Part shown: positions 47,837-56,612 of the stretch, in pieces
Numbering within the stretch: position 1 is the first letter of the stretch
Layout of the letters: the number at the start of each line of letters is the position of its first letter
From: a virus
DNA: 64,000 nt
Virus record (IMG/VR): IMGVR_UViG_3300009157_000021
Coordinates: 4,302-68,301 of that record
Strand: one strand, 5' to 3'
The notes under the pieces: model-generated
The model's input: the letters and a program-made list of their open reading frames with translations, nothing else
Told to the model about the DNA's origin: nothing
Database searches by the model: none
Translations under genes and position numbers: made by a program

Positions 47837-49870
47837 TTACCCCATTTGCATGCCTGTAAAGGCATTTCCAATTCTCTTTCGTACGTCTTCGCTACCCGTC
47901 TTTGCCTCGCGGACCGTGACTTCCTTCGGGGCGTTGGAATGGAGTGCATTCTTCCGCATGGATTCACGCGTGTCTTCGAGGACTTCGTCGACTTCTGCAA
48001 TCGTCTTACAGCCTTCGAGAAGTGCCCGAACGTTGTCGTGGACTGATTTGAAGCCCTTGAGCTTCCGCTCCGCGTACTCCATGATGACCGTACGCGTTGC
48101 ATCGGCTTGTGCTTTCTTCACTTGTTCATCGAGAGCTTTCTTTCCATCCTTTTCTACGCCCTCGATCTTTTGTTTGTTCTCTTTGAGGATCCGTTCCTTA
48201 CCCACAGTCAGTTCCACGACCTTCTCGGTCAGGGTCTTGATATGGGTGGCGGCCTCTTCGAGCTTCTTGGTCGCATTGGCGGCAGCGGCGGCCCGCTCTT
48301 CGAGCTTCGCACGCAGGGCGGTAACCTCGGCACCCTCGACCTTCTTGGCCTCCTGCAGCTTTCGCATGACGACCTTCAACTGCAGACCGGTGTCACCCGC
48401 GATGTCGACCGCCTCGGCGAGCCTGTCGCGTTCGGCCATCAACGTCGCGTTCTCGATACGCAGCTTGTTCATCTCCTTCAGCGTAGCGCTGGCGGTCTTC
48501 GTCTTCTTTTCGTTGGGAACCTTCTCGGTCGCGGGCTGTGCCCACTGATGTTCGAGGTTCATGAACTCGACCACGGCCTCAACCGTCTCGGGCTCGTTGG
48601 CACTGATCACTGTAGCCGGACCATCGTCGCCCGACACGACATTGACCGAGAACAGTTTGCCGTCGGCCACGCCGACCCACGTCATTTGCGAGTCGGTCTT
48701 GTCGCCGGTCTTGTCGCCATCGGGATAGGTGGGCTCGCCCAGAATCTTGCGGATGGCTTCGAGCTTCCCACCGGTCAAACGCTTGTTGACGCTGAGATTG
48801 GTGGCGTCACGAACCTCAGCTTGATCGGCCTGGAGGATCTCAACCTCCTCGCTGATCTTGCGACGGCCCGCTGTCTTCTTGTTCTCGCCAACTTCATCCT
48901 CGTCCTCGTCCGGCTCGTCGACCTCGGCTTCGGGCTTCGGCTCTTCCGGCACGACCTCGTCGGCCTCGGCTTCCAGTCGATCCGGCGTAGCGAACTCCGG
49001 CGTCCCGGCGACCGGCTGCGGGGTCGGCGGTTGTGTACTGATGGTCACAACGACCGGCGTCTGATTCACGGTGGGATCGGTACTTGCCGGGGTGACGCCA
49101 ACGTTGTTCACGTCACCATTGACTTCCGCGGTCTTCGCGTTGGGGTCGGCGATAATCGTCATCGTCGCCTCCTTGATGGCCTTGCAGCAGCCGCACTGTT
49201 CGCACTTGCCGTGCTTCTCATCCTTGCTGTGCTTGCACAACATCGATTCGAGAACGGCACCGGCGAACTGCTTGTCGCCCTTGGTGGCCTTCTCGCAAAG
49301 AGCGGCGGTCTTGATGCTCTCGACCACATTCCGCTTGACCTCGATCGGCATGGTGCCAAACGTCGAGGGGTCGGCGGTGAAGTCGGTCGTGATGTACTTG
49401 TACTTCTCGGCCACCACCCGATGGAACTTCTTCTTGGTGTCCGGATCGACCTCTTCGGTCAGTTCGCCCTCGGCACGGGTCGAGACGCCGACGCCGCACT
49501 CGGCACGAATCAGACAGTCGACGATCCGCCCGGTCGGGGTGTCGAGCACGTCGAACACCTGGTAGACCGTGTCGGTGTCCTTGTCGACCACCCACTCGCA
49601 AATGACGTGGGAGACGAGCTCCAGGTTGGACTGGGACGTTGTGGGATGCTCGGCATGGCCGAACAACGCACGCTTCGCGATCTGCTCGGACAGGGTCTTA
49701 TCGCCGGTGACCTTCTCGACCACGTCCCAACCGTACTTGCGGTTGTTGGCGTTGAGCTTGTTGACGTTGCAGACGGGCTCCTTCACCCGGCACAGAACGC
49801 CAGAGGGCAGCTTCGTCCGATCGGACTCAACAATCTTCGCCTCGCCGATAATTCTTTCCAATAACAACAT
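47837..49870 (-). CDS. Prohead protease (gp21-like) fused to coiled-coil scaffold
   Basis: NANNRKY, GHAEHP, VSH, LDTPTG, GVSTRAEG, DFTADPS; long coiled-coil C-terminus. Confidence 0.9.
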   Translation of the reverse strand: MLLLERIIGEAKIVESDRTKLPSGVLCRVKEPVCNVNKLNANNRKYGWDVVEKVTGDKTLSEQIAKRALFGHAEHPTTSQSNLELVSHVICEWVVDKDTDTVYQVFDVLDTPTGRIVDCLIRAECGVGVSTRAEGELTEEVDPDTKKKFHRVVAEKYKYITTDFTADPSTFGTMPIEVKRNVVESIKTAALCEKATKGDKQFAGAVLESMLCKHSKDEKHGKCEQCGCCKAIKEATMTIIADPNAKTAEVNGDVNNVGVTPASTDPTVNQTPVVVTISTQPPTPQPVAGTPEFATPDRLEAEADEVVPEEPKPEAEVDEPDEDEDEVGENKKTAGRRKISEEVEILQADQAEVRDATNLSVNKRLTGGKLEAIRKILGEPTYPDGDKTGDKTDSQMTWVGVADGKLFSVNVVSGDDGPATVISANEPETVEAVVEFMNLEHQWAQPATEKVPNEKKTKTASATLKEMNKLRIENATLMAERDRLAEAVDIAGDTGLQLKVVMRKLQEAKKVEGAEVTALRAKLEERAAAAANATKKLEEAATHIKTLTEKVVELTVGKERILKENKQKIEGVEKDGKKALDEQVKKAQADATRTVIMEYAERKLKGFKSVHDNVRALLEGCKTIAEVDEVLEDTRESMRKNALHSNAPKEVTVREAKTGSEDVRKRIGNAFTGMQMG

Positions 49871-49882
49871 CGTGCTTGCTCC

Positions 49883-52800
49883 TTATTGACCCATGCCCAG
49901 CAGACCCTTAAGCAGGTCGATGCCACTTGTGACCTTCCGCTCCGGCAGCCTCTTGGACTCTTTCACCTTGGCGGCCTTCTTACCCTTCTGACCCTTCTTG
50001 AACATATTCTTCTTGAAGGCGTCGGGCAGCTTCTTCTTGGCTTCGCCAACGTCCGCACCCATATTACCGGACTCCCTATCCAGATCCTCCAGCTCCCTGA
50101 TCTCGTCCTCAAGATTAGCGTCTATTTCATCAGCAGTCAGGTCGCCATCCTTAATCAACTGACTTCTAACCGAGTGGATATAACTCTTCAGCGCCCTCCT
50201 TACCACGTTCTTCGCGTCGTCCTCGGACAGACCGAATCTCTTATCCAGTTCGTCAATGATATCATCGGTAGGAACCTGTTCCGATATTCCATTTAAGGCG
50301 ACTTCGAATGCATCGTCCTCTTTGGCCTCGTTCTTCTGCTTGTTCACGGTCGCATGGGCAACCTGCTCGGCCTTCTTCGCGGGCTTGCCAGCGGCCTTTT
50401 CACTCTTCTCGATATGCTTCACCTGACGCTTCTCCTTCTTCGTGCAGGCAGCGCCCTTCTCATTGACCTTGGACTCATCAGCATGGGCTCGTGCCAGACG
50501 ATCTTCCTCGCGGGAGTCGTAGTCCTGATCTGACTTGCGATCACGGGCGGCACGTTCCTCGTCCCGGTCCCGATCCCAGTCGTCTCGTTTGTCACCGGCG
50601 GCGACCAACTGAGCGTATTCATCCTCTTCCATGTTGCTCAGGGCGTCGAGCGCCAGCTCCTGCAAACCGTCGGAGGTCAGATCACCGGTGGCCTCGTCCC
50701 GCCACATGGCGGCGAAGTCCTTCTCGAACCGATATTCCTGACCGTTGATGTCGATGACCACGTCATCCGAGCCATCATCAACCTGGGCGACCTCGAACGT
50801 GTCGTCACCCATCTGAACCTTGGTCTCGATCAGCTTATTGATCTTCGTGTCCTCGGGATCGGCGTCGTCCGGGATCTTTGCCTCGTCCGTCTTACCGACG
50901 CCAAGCTTCGCGGCGAGATCCTTCACGAGTTGGTCATCCAACCCACCATAGAACTCGTTGTCGAGCGGATCAAGCTGCTCGGCGTTGTGCTCGAACTCCT
51001 CCTCGGACTGATTCTTAATGTTACGATCGGTCACAGCCATCCCATAGAAATCGGACCGCATGGCTTCCTCGGCGAGAGCGGCCATCTTCTCGGCGGCCTC
51101 GGTGCCGATCTTGTGCAGCATGCGAATCGCGAGATGACCCTCTTCCTCGGCGATGCCGTTGTCGATCCACTGTTCGAAGCCACCGTTCCAGACCTCGGCC
51201 ATCAGCGTGACCACGGCCTCCCACTTGGAGTCCTTGTCCTCAATGGCCTTCAAGATCCCGTCCCACAGCGCTTCGTCGTGGGTCTCCTTGAGCATCACGA
51301 CCTTGCGGGCGGAACAGCGCTCCGCGATCTTCTTCGATCCGGTCTTGGACTTTCTCTCGAACGGACGCCGCTCTTCCTCCTCACCGGTCGGCAGGGCCTC
51401 GTCGGGCTTACCGGCAGCGGTATCAGCATCCTCGGTCGGCTCCTCGTCGGCGATCTCCTCGGGTTCGGTCTCCTCGTCCTCCCTCGTCAGTTCTGGCAGG
51501 ATGTACTTGACGAGCACCGATCTGGTAATCTCGTCGATCTCCAGTTCCTGAATCGCCTGAATGAGGAAATCAGCCGGATTGCTCGGATCGATTTCCTGCT
51601 CACTCGCGGACCAGAGCTTCTTACCTTCCTGGTCGACGATCTGCAGATCCTCGGGCGTATCAGCGCCCTCTTCCTCGGTCGGCGTGCTGCTCGGCGTACC
51701 AACCATGTAAAAGTGGGTCTCTTCCTTCTTGCCGATGTACTCCTTGGTGATCGTATCCTTCTGCTGCTCCTCACCCTCGGCGGGTGCCGGATTCGCGGGA
51801 TCCCTGGGACGATCGATGTCGGGACCTTCCTCGTCGGGCTTCACGTCGTCACCGATCTTATCCTCGGGATCACGACCGTCCTCGGTCAGCTTGTGTTCAC
51901 CGATAATCTCGGGTGCGATCAACGCAACGTCGCGGTCAATATATCGCTTGAGATCATCGGCAATTTTGTTATCGGGGCCGTCAACCACCACGCTCCACTT
52001 AGCACCGGAGACTTCAACCCGAACGGTGTACTCCTTCTTATCCGCAATGATGACGAATTCATTGGGGCCCTTACCCATAGACACCGATGTCTCACCACCA
52101 AGCAATTCATCAATCGGGTCCGGGGTCATCCTGTACATTTTATACAGGTTAACGACAATCGAGTTAGCGGGATCAAAATCCTCGGTCAACTTCGCAATCT
52201 TCTTGTCCTCGGGGTCGGCGTCATCCGGGACCTTACCCTCATCCGCGGTCCGACCCTTAAGAAGACCATCGGCGTGAATCCTAGCCTCCTTCTCATTGTC
52301 GTAAACAGCCTCAATATCCGCCGCATTCAAACCACCGTGAGCCTGCATTGCCAACTGTGCCGGCGTAGCCTCAAAACAAATATCATCGATCGTGGATTCC
52401 TTAGTCGGGGTAGTCACGACCCAAAAGCTCTTAATGACCCCCTCCCTAATCTTCTTGAGCAGATTAAGTACGCCGGTAACGGTCTTTGATTCAATCGGAC
52501 TTGCCAGCCCATGATCCGCGGTCTCTTTATTAATCCGCTGCTTAGCTGTAGCCAAAACCCTTGCAGCCTCCTTCTCATCCAGCTCCCAGTCGGCGGCCAG
52601 GGTCTTAACAATCTCCTCATCCGGACGGCTCTTGCGAAGCAACTCGGTAACGTGGATTTCCATCTCATCCTGACGATTATCAAAGGCATCGGAAGCATCC
52701 TGCTCAAGACCCTCCTTCACCGGCTCATTCACGATCTCATAGCCATCCTTACGGGTAGCCTCCCAGATGGAATGCGGCTGGATCCTCGTAAGCTTTTGCA

Positions 52801-52933
52801 TGGCACCATCCTGTGTCTGGGCCCGTTCGACGATCCTGCCATTGTGTTTGATGACCCACGGATTGTCCTTCGGATCAAGACCCGCAAGACGATCCCTATT
52901 ATCCATCATGTAGTTAATGAAATCGTTATTCAT
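49883..52933 (-). CDS. Large acidic multidomain putative internal head polyprotein (DMP19/DUF4375-like domain)
   Basis: Adjacent to the protease; two KxPDDADPEDxKIxKLxE linkers; ESKVNE; EVWNGGFEQW...LHKIG...LD.EFY. Confidence 0.75.
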   Translation of the reverse strand: MNNDFINYMMDNRDRLAGLDPKDNPWVIKHNGRIVERAQTQDGAMQKLTRIQPHSIWEATRKDGYEIVNEPVKEGLEQDASDAFDNRQDEMEIHVTELLRKSRPDEEIVKTLAADWELDEKEAARVLATAKQRINKETADHGLASPIESKTVTGVLNLLKKIREGVIKSFWVVTTPTKESTIDDICFEATPAQLAMQAHGGLNAADIEAVYDNEKEARIHADGLLKGRTADEGKVPDDADPEDKKIAKLTEDFDPANSIVVNLYKMYRMTPDPIDELLGGETSVSMGKGPNEFVIIADKKEYTVRVEVSGAKWSVVVDGPDNKIADDLKRYIDRDVALIAPEIIGEHKLTEDGRDPEDKIGDDVKPDEEGPDIDRPRDPANPAPAEGEEQQKDTITKEYIGKKEETHFYMVGTPSSTPTEEEGADTPEDLQIVDQEGKKLWSASEQEIDPSNPADFLIQAIQELEIDEITRSVLVKYILPELTREDEETEPEEIADEEPTEDADTAAGKPDEALPTGEEEERRPFERKSKTGSKKIAERCSARKVVMLKETHDEALWDGILKAIEDKDSKWEAVVTLMAEVWNGGFEQWIDNGIAEEEGHLAIRMLHKIGTEAAEKMAALAEEAMRSDFYGMAVTDRNIKNQSEEEFEHNAEQLDPLDNEFYGGLDDQLVKDLAAKLGVGKTDEAKIPDDADPEDTKINKLIETKVQMGDDTFEVAQVDDGSDDVVIDINGQEYRFEKDFAAMWRDEATGDLTSDGLQELALDALSNMEEDEYAQLVAAGDKRDDWDRDRDEERAARDRKSDQDYDSREEDRLARAHADESKVNEKGAACTKKEKRQVKHIEKSEKAAGKPAKKAEQVAHATVNKQKNEAKEDDAFEVALNGISEQVPTDDIIDELDKRFGLSEDDAKNVVRRALKSYIHSVRSQLIKDGDLTADEIDANLEDEIRELEDLDRESGNMGADVGEAKKKLPDAFKKNMFKKGQKGKKAAKVKESKRLPERKVTSGIDLLKGLLGMGQ

Positions 52934-52945
52934 AATCCTTTGTCC

Positions 52946-53275
52946 TTAGAAACCGAACACGTCGCCCTTGGTCTCTGTCCATTGCTTCTCTACATCATCG
53001 GTATCGGCCGGGACATCCCCAGCCCGAACGTAAACGATGATGTCGTAGGTGCCAGCCGGCAAATCCCCAAAGATCGTCACCGGGAAGGTGCCGGTGGAAC
53101 CGACTTCCACCAAAACGCAGGCCGAATCGAGCCAGTCAACGCCGAGCTCCATGGCCTTGGTTCTGTAGTTCCATATCTTGCTGTCGCGGTTGCCGACGAT
53201 CCGGTAGTAATACTGGTTCGCCGTGTGACCATGCGAATCGAACACATTCTGACTGACGTAATCCGTTGTCACCAT
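52946..53275 (-). CDS. Small beta-sandwich (possibly virion) protein
   Basis: EVGSTGTF...LPAGTYDI; start trimmed to ATG 53275. Confidence 0.55.
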   Translation of the reverse strand: MVTTDYVSQNVFDSHGHTANQYYYRIVGNRDSKIWNYRTKAMELGVDWLDSACVLVEVGSTGTFPVTIFGDLPAGTYDIIVYVRAGDVPADTDDVEKQWTETKGDVFGF

Positions 53276-53276
53276 G

Positions 53277-53495
53277 TTAGAACCCCTTGAAGACCCCACT
53301 CTTGATGGCCAGCAACACGAGACTCGTCACGAACCCCAGGGCAGCCGTGAACGCGGCACTGAGCGCCGTGATCGTGAACATCCAGTGATGGTGAAGGTGG
53401 TTGCTGAACTGCTTCTCCAGGCCATCCTGCTTGACGTTGAGCTCGATCAAAAGATCGTGGTCGCTCATGCTGTCATACTTGTCATTATGTGCCAT
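53277..53495 (-). CDS. Small coiled-coil + TM protein (holin/spanin-like)
   Basis: DHDLLIEL...NHLHH followed by a hydrophobic helix; GGGGAG SD. Confidence 0.55.
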   Translation of the reverse strand: MAHNDKYDSMSDHDLLIELNVKQDGLEKQFSNHLHHHWMFTITALSAAFTAALGFVTSLVLLAIKSGVFKGF

Positions 53496-53763
53496 GACTC
53501 TCCCCACCTTCCTGTGCCTGATTCGACTTGATGATGTTCACGAGCTTTACCATGTCGCGTCGGCATGCCTCAAGGTCGAACATCGTGTAAACCGCGTTGA
53601 ATCTCAGTATGTCCATCATCTCATCGAGATTGCTGAGGTTCATGCCGGTCACGTCGACCTCTTCCTTATTGTACGCACGACCGAGCTCCGGTTGCATGAT
53701 AGCAATGACATCACATATCTTCCAGAAGAGATCGGTCATCTGTTTTTGCTCTGCTTTTGTCAT
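53485..53763 (-). CDS. Hypothetical protein
   Basis: ATGA-coupled ORF. Confidence 0.55.
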   Translation of the reverse strand: MTKAEQKQMTDLFWKICDVIAIMQPELGRAYNKEEVDVTGMNLSNLDEMMDILRFNAVYTMFDLEACRRDMVKLVNIIKSNQAQEGGESHGT

Positions 53764-54047
53764 GGGTTGATCAGCTTATCACCCGTAGCTCTTCGTCCGT
53801 CGCGTCGAATTTCCAAGTGCTGAATCGTTGTCAGCAATCCGTTCTCGTGGAACGTCACGAGGTAAGTGCCCTCTTTGACGAACCGCAATTCAAGGCAGAA
53901 AAGCCCGTCATCCAAACGCCGGGGATCATCCGCATCGTGAACCGACATGTCCGGCCAGGTAACGCGGGCGGTCGGGTTAACATCAACCCGACCACCGACG
54001 GTCCTGTAGAACAATCGAACGATTCCTGGCGAGTAGAAGTCTGCCAC
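53760..54047 (-). CDS. Small beta-sandwich hypothetical protein
   Basis: GTG start after the upstream stop; G.F...F..EGTY pattern similar to neighbours. Confidence 0.5.
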   Translation of the reverse strand: MADFYSPGIVRLFYRTVGGRVDVNPTARVTWPDMSVHDADDPRRLDDGLFCLELRFVKEGTYLVTFHENGLLTTIQHLEIRRDGRRATGDKLINP

Positions 54048-54050
54048 ATT

Positions 54051-54599
54051 TTACGACACCATCGCGGGGGTGTCGAGCCCACCGACCTGTGCACCAATGT
54101 TGTTCACGGCGGTCAAAATCGCGTCGGCCTTGCCGTCCACCGCGGTGACCTTGCCATCGACCGTGGTCACCTTGCCGTCAACGCCCACGACCGCGACACC
54201 AACCGCGGTCACGTTCGAGTTGACGCCATCAACCTTCCCGTCGACCGTGGTCACCTTACCATCGACGGTGCCGACGGCGGTGTTGACACCATCAACGGCG
54301 GTACCCACCGTATTGAGGTTGTGATTGCCGACGGAGTAGCGCTTGATGACCTTGCCGTTGCCATCGGCCTTGTGCACGATGACGAGCCACTCACCGGTGA
54401 CGTTCGGCGTGAACTGGCCCTTGTAGGTGCCGGTGTTCAAAACCTCACCCATCGCCACGTCCGGGAAGTTCTCCGTATTCTTGACGCCGGTCGGCAGGAA
54501 AATCTCGGCGATCACTCCAGCCAGACCACTCTCCGCATTCGGTGCCTGATAAACGATCGGCAACGCATCACCGACTTTGAACTGTGCCTCACCAGCCAT
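54051..54599 (-). CDS. Ig-like domain plus VDGKVTT heptad-repeat coiled coil (possible whisker/decoration protein)
   Basis: GTYKGQFTP..GEW followed by repeated (T/G/A)VDG(K/V)V; strong GAGGAG SD. Confidence 0.65.
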   Translation of the reverse strand: MAGEAQFKVGDALPIVYQAPNAESGLAGVIAEIFLPTGVKNTENFPDVAMGEVLNTGTYKGQFTPNVTGEWLVIVHKADGNGKVIKRYSVGNHNLNTVGTAVDGVNTAVGTVDGKVTTVDGKVDGVNSNVTAVGVAVVGVDGKVTTVDGKVTAVDGKADAILTAVNNIGAQVGGLDTPAMVS

Positions 54600-54634
54600 T
54601 GGCTTCTCCTCTTCTATGTCGATTTCGACTTCAT

Positions 54635-54829
54635 TCAGCTCGTTCTCGGTTCGGAGACCTTGCCGTTGAGCATGTCTATCTTATGTTCCAGCTCCAAAAG
54701 CTTCGCCCAAATCTGCTGCAGACCGTGTTCCGGATGCTTGACCTCATCCTTGACTCCTTTTATGCCACCGTGCTCGCCCAGCATCAGAAACCCGGATTCG
54801 TCGGAAAGAACCTCGAATCCATCAGACAC
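54635..54829 (-). CDS. Small hypothetical protein
   Basis: GTG-start ORF filling the gap in the operon. Confidence 0.4.
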   Translation of the reverse strand: MSDGFEVLSDESGFLMLGEHGGIKGVKDEVKHPEHGLQQIWAKLLELEHKIDMLNGKVSEPRTS

Positions 54830-54843
54830 GTGGCACCGCGATC

Positions 54844-55224
54844 TTACAAGGAGTAGATCCTATTACCCATCTTTTCAAAGATGACCGGGACGAGAATGCC
54901 GTATTCGCGGCGACCCTGTTTCATCTCGATCAGAACGTGAGTGAGCAGGCTGGACAGACCCATCATTGCAACGATCGAATCGTCCGCAGCCTTACCCTCT
55001 CTGATGGCCTTGAGCGTCTTCTCAACGCTCTTGCCCTTGAGTTTCTCTATCAACTTGTCGAGTAGCCGCTCCGCGGTGGGCAGCTTCTTCAATTCGGTCA
55101 ACGTAGCATCGGCCAGACCGGCGGACCAGTGCTTCTTGGCTGCCTCACAAACCGTCTTGTATTCGGGACCGGTGAAGTATCGCTCGGCCGCAGCCAGCAA
55201 ACGGAGAACTTCGTCGTGTATCAC
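54844..55224 (-). CDS. Hypothetical helical protein
   Basis: Overlap-coupled to the protease stop. Confidence 0.6.
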   Translation of the reverse strand: MIHDEVLRLLAAAERYFTGPEYKTVCEAAKKHWSAGLADATLTELKKLPTAERLLDKLIEKLKGKSVEKTLKAIREGKAADDSIVAMMGLSSLLTHVLIEMKQGRREYGILVPVIFEKMGNRIYSL

Positions 55225-55994
55225 TGGTTCACCTGCTCAATCAAACCGGGGAGAACCTCGATGATCCGATCTACGCCGACCACGAACCCAATACCGGAGT
55301 TTAAATACGCAGCAAACGCCATTCCGATCACCCGGCCGGAGCGATCAAACACCGGACACCCAGAGTTGCCGGGATTGATGGAAGCATCAACCTGAATCGT
55401 ACCAAATTGCGGGTCGAACTCGTACATTCTACTGATAATACCGGCGGAAACCGACCACGACAAACCGTACGGGCACCCGATAGCCCACGCGGCATCGCCG
55501 ACCTTCAAACCGCCAGGGGTCACAAAGTCAACTACAAACGGAGTATCGGCATCAACCTTCACTACAGCAAGCTCCGAGCTCGGATCACCAGCCCACGAAA
55601 CGATCAATGATACCACCCCATCATTGAATTTAACGACCGCGGACACCCCGGGGTCATCAAGCTTCGTGACGATGTGCTTCGCGGTAAGAATGACCCCGTC
55701 ACCAACTATCATACCGGTACCGCCGTACGACACTGGCTTTCCGGTCCTCAGGTCTATTGTGTTATTCTCCGTAACGGTGATGTTCACCACGCTCTTGCAC
55801 GCCACGGTAAGCATGCCCGTGGGTGGCATGACGTAGCTGGCCAGACCGCAAAAGTTGGCACCAAGCATCGAATCGTACGCGTCGTTTTGTGCTACCCGGT
55901 TCTGCAGATCATAAACCACATTGCCAAGGTAAGCGGAGTTCAGTGCCATTACGGCGAACAGCACACCAATCAGGATTCTTGTTACCTTACTCAT
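55221..55994 (-). CDS. Trypsin-like (HtrA/DegP-type, no PDZ) serine protease with N-terminal membrane anchor
   Basis: ILTAKH, ELAV, DASINPGNSGCP; start ATG 55994 (MSKVTRILIGVLF). Confidence 0.88.
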   Translation of the reverse strand: MSKVTRILIGVLFAVMALNSAYLGNVVYDLQNRVAQNDAYDSMLGANFCGLASYVMPPTGMLTVACKSVVNITVTENNTIDLRTGKPVSYGGTGMIVGDGVILTAKHIVTKLDDPGVSAVVKFNDGVVSLIVSWAGDPSSELAVVKVDADTPFVVDFVTPGGLKVGDAAWAIGCPYGLSWSVSAGIISRMYEFDPQFGTIQVDASINPGNSGCPVFDRSGRVIGMAFAAYLNSGIGFVVGVDRIIEVLPGLIEQVNQ

Positions 55995-56188
55995 TTCGTT
56001 CCCGCCCTTCGATTGACCGACGTATGTGTGGGCTCCTTGCCGGGAACACGACATCCTTCGATTTCATCAATGTTGTAATAGGTCTTGCCACCATCCCGCG
56101 AGAAGCAGGCTGGCGACCGGGCCGAGGCAGCGAGTCGCTCTTGGATTGATTTGCGTCTTTGCAAGTTGTCGAGGAGATCATCAAATAT
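55991..56188 (-). CDS. Hidden 65-aa ORF with the shared leader and an ATA start (or a decayed gene)
   Basis: Manual translation IFDDLLDNLQRRKSIQERLAAS...RAGTK*; stop overlaps the protease ATG; in-frame TGA at 56218-56216 excludes an upstream ATG. Confidence 0.45.
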   Translation of the reverse strand: MFDDLLDNLQRRKSIQERLAASARSPACFSRDGGKTYYNIDEIEGCRVPGKEPTHTSVNRRAGTK

Positions 56189-56198
56189 CGTAACCTTT

Positions 56199-56238
56199 TC
56201 CGGGGTGGGCCGGTTTCAACGCACCGGCCCCACCCGGA
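56199..56238. other. Strong GC-rich stem-loop between the small peptide gene and the ATA ORF
   Basis: TCCGGGGTGGGCCGGT ... ACCGGCCCCACCCGGA inverted repeat; no U-tract on the minus strand. Confidence 0.6.
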
Positions 56239-56256
56239 TGCACGAACGACGGACCC

Positions 56257-56373
56257 TTACAGTTTGATGTTCTCAGTCTTCGTCACGACCTTGCCGTAGA
56301 GGATCTTGAGCAGCGGCAGGACGCCCTTGAGGAAGACCACGCCGGTAGCCACACCCGCGAGATACGTAACCAT
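56257..56373 (-). CDS. 38-aa hydrophobic membrane peptide
   Basis: Not in the ORF track; TAAGGAG SD then MVTYLAGVATGVVFLKGVLPLLKILYGKVVTKTENIKL*. Confidence 0.7.
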   Translation of the reverse strand: MVTYLAGVATGVVFLKGVLPLLKILYGKVVTKTENIKL

Positions 56374-56436
56374 GACTTGCTCCTTACTCGACCAGTCGAT
56401 AAAATGGAACACTTCACCCACATAAAAAGAGACGGC

Positions 56437-56598
56437 TCAGGATTTATCGATCCGGCCTTTTCTGCTCTGTTCTATGAGTTCCGTGTCGAGTTCATCCACG
56501 AAATCGAGGATGCCCTCCTTGTCCGGGTCATCCGGTGCCGCCTTTGTGTAAAGACGACCGAGCATTGCCTTTAGTTCACGAATTGCTCTCTCATTCAT
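56437..56598 (-). CDS. 53-aa hypothetical protein
   Basis: Not in the ORF track; GAGGG SD then MNERAIRELKAMLGRL...DKS*. Confidence 0.55.
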   Translation of the reverse strand: MNERAIRELKAMLGRLYTKAAPDDPDKEGILDFVDELDTELIEQSRKGRIDKS

Positions 56599-56612
56599 AT
56601 TCCCTCGACTAT

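Noticed and set aside
47830-48102. 91-aa N-terminal extension of the capsid ORF in the track
   Set aside because: It overlaps the protease 3' end; ATG 47829 right after the protease stop is the sensible start.
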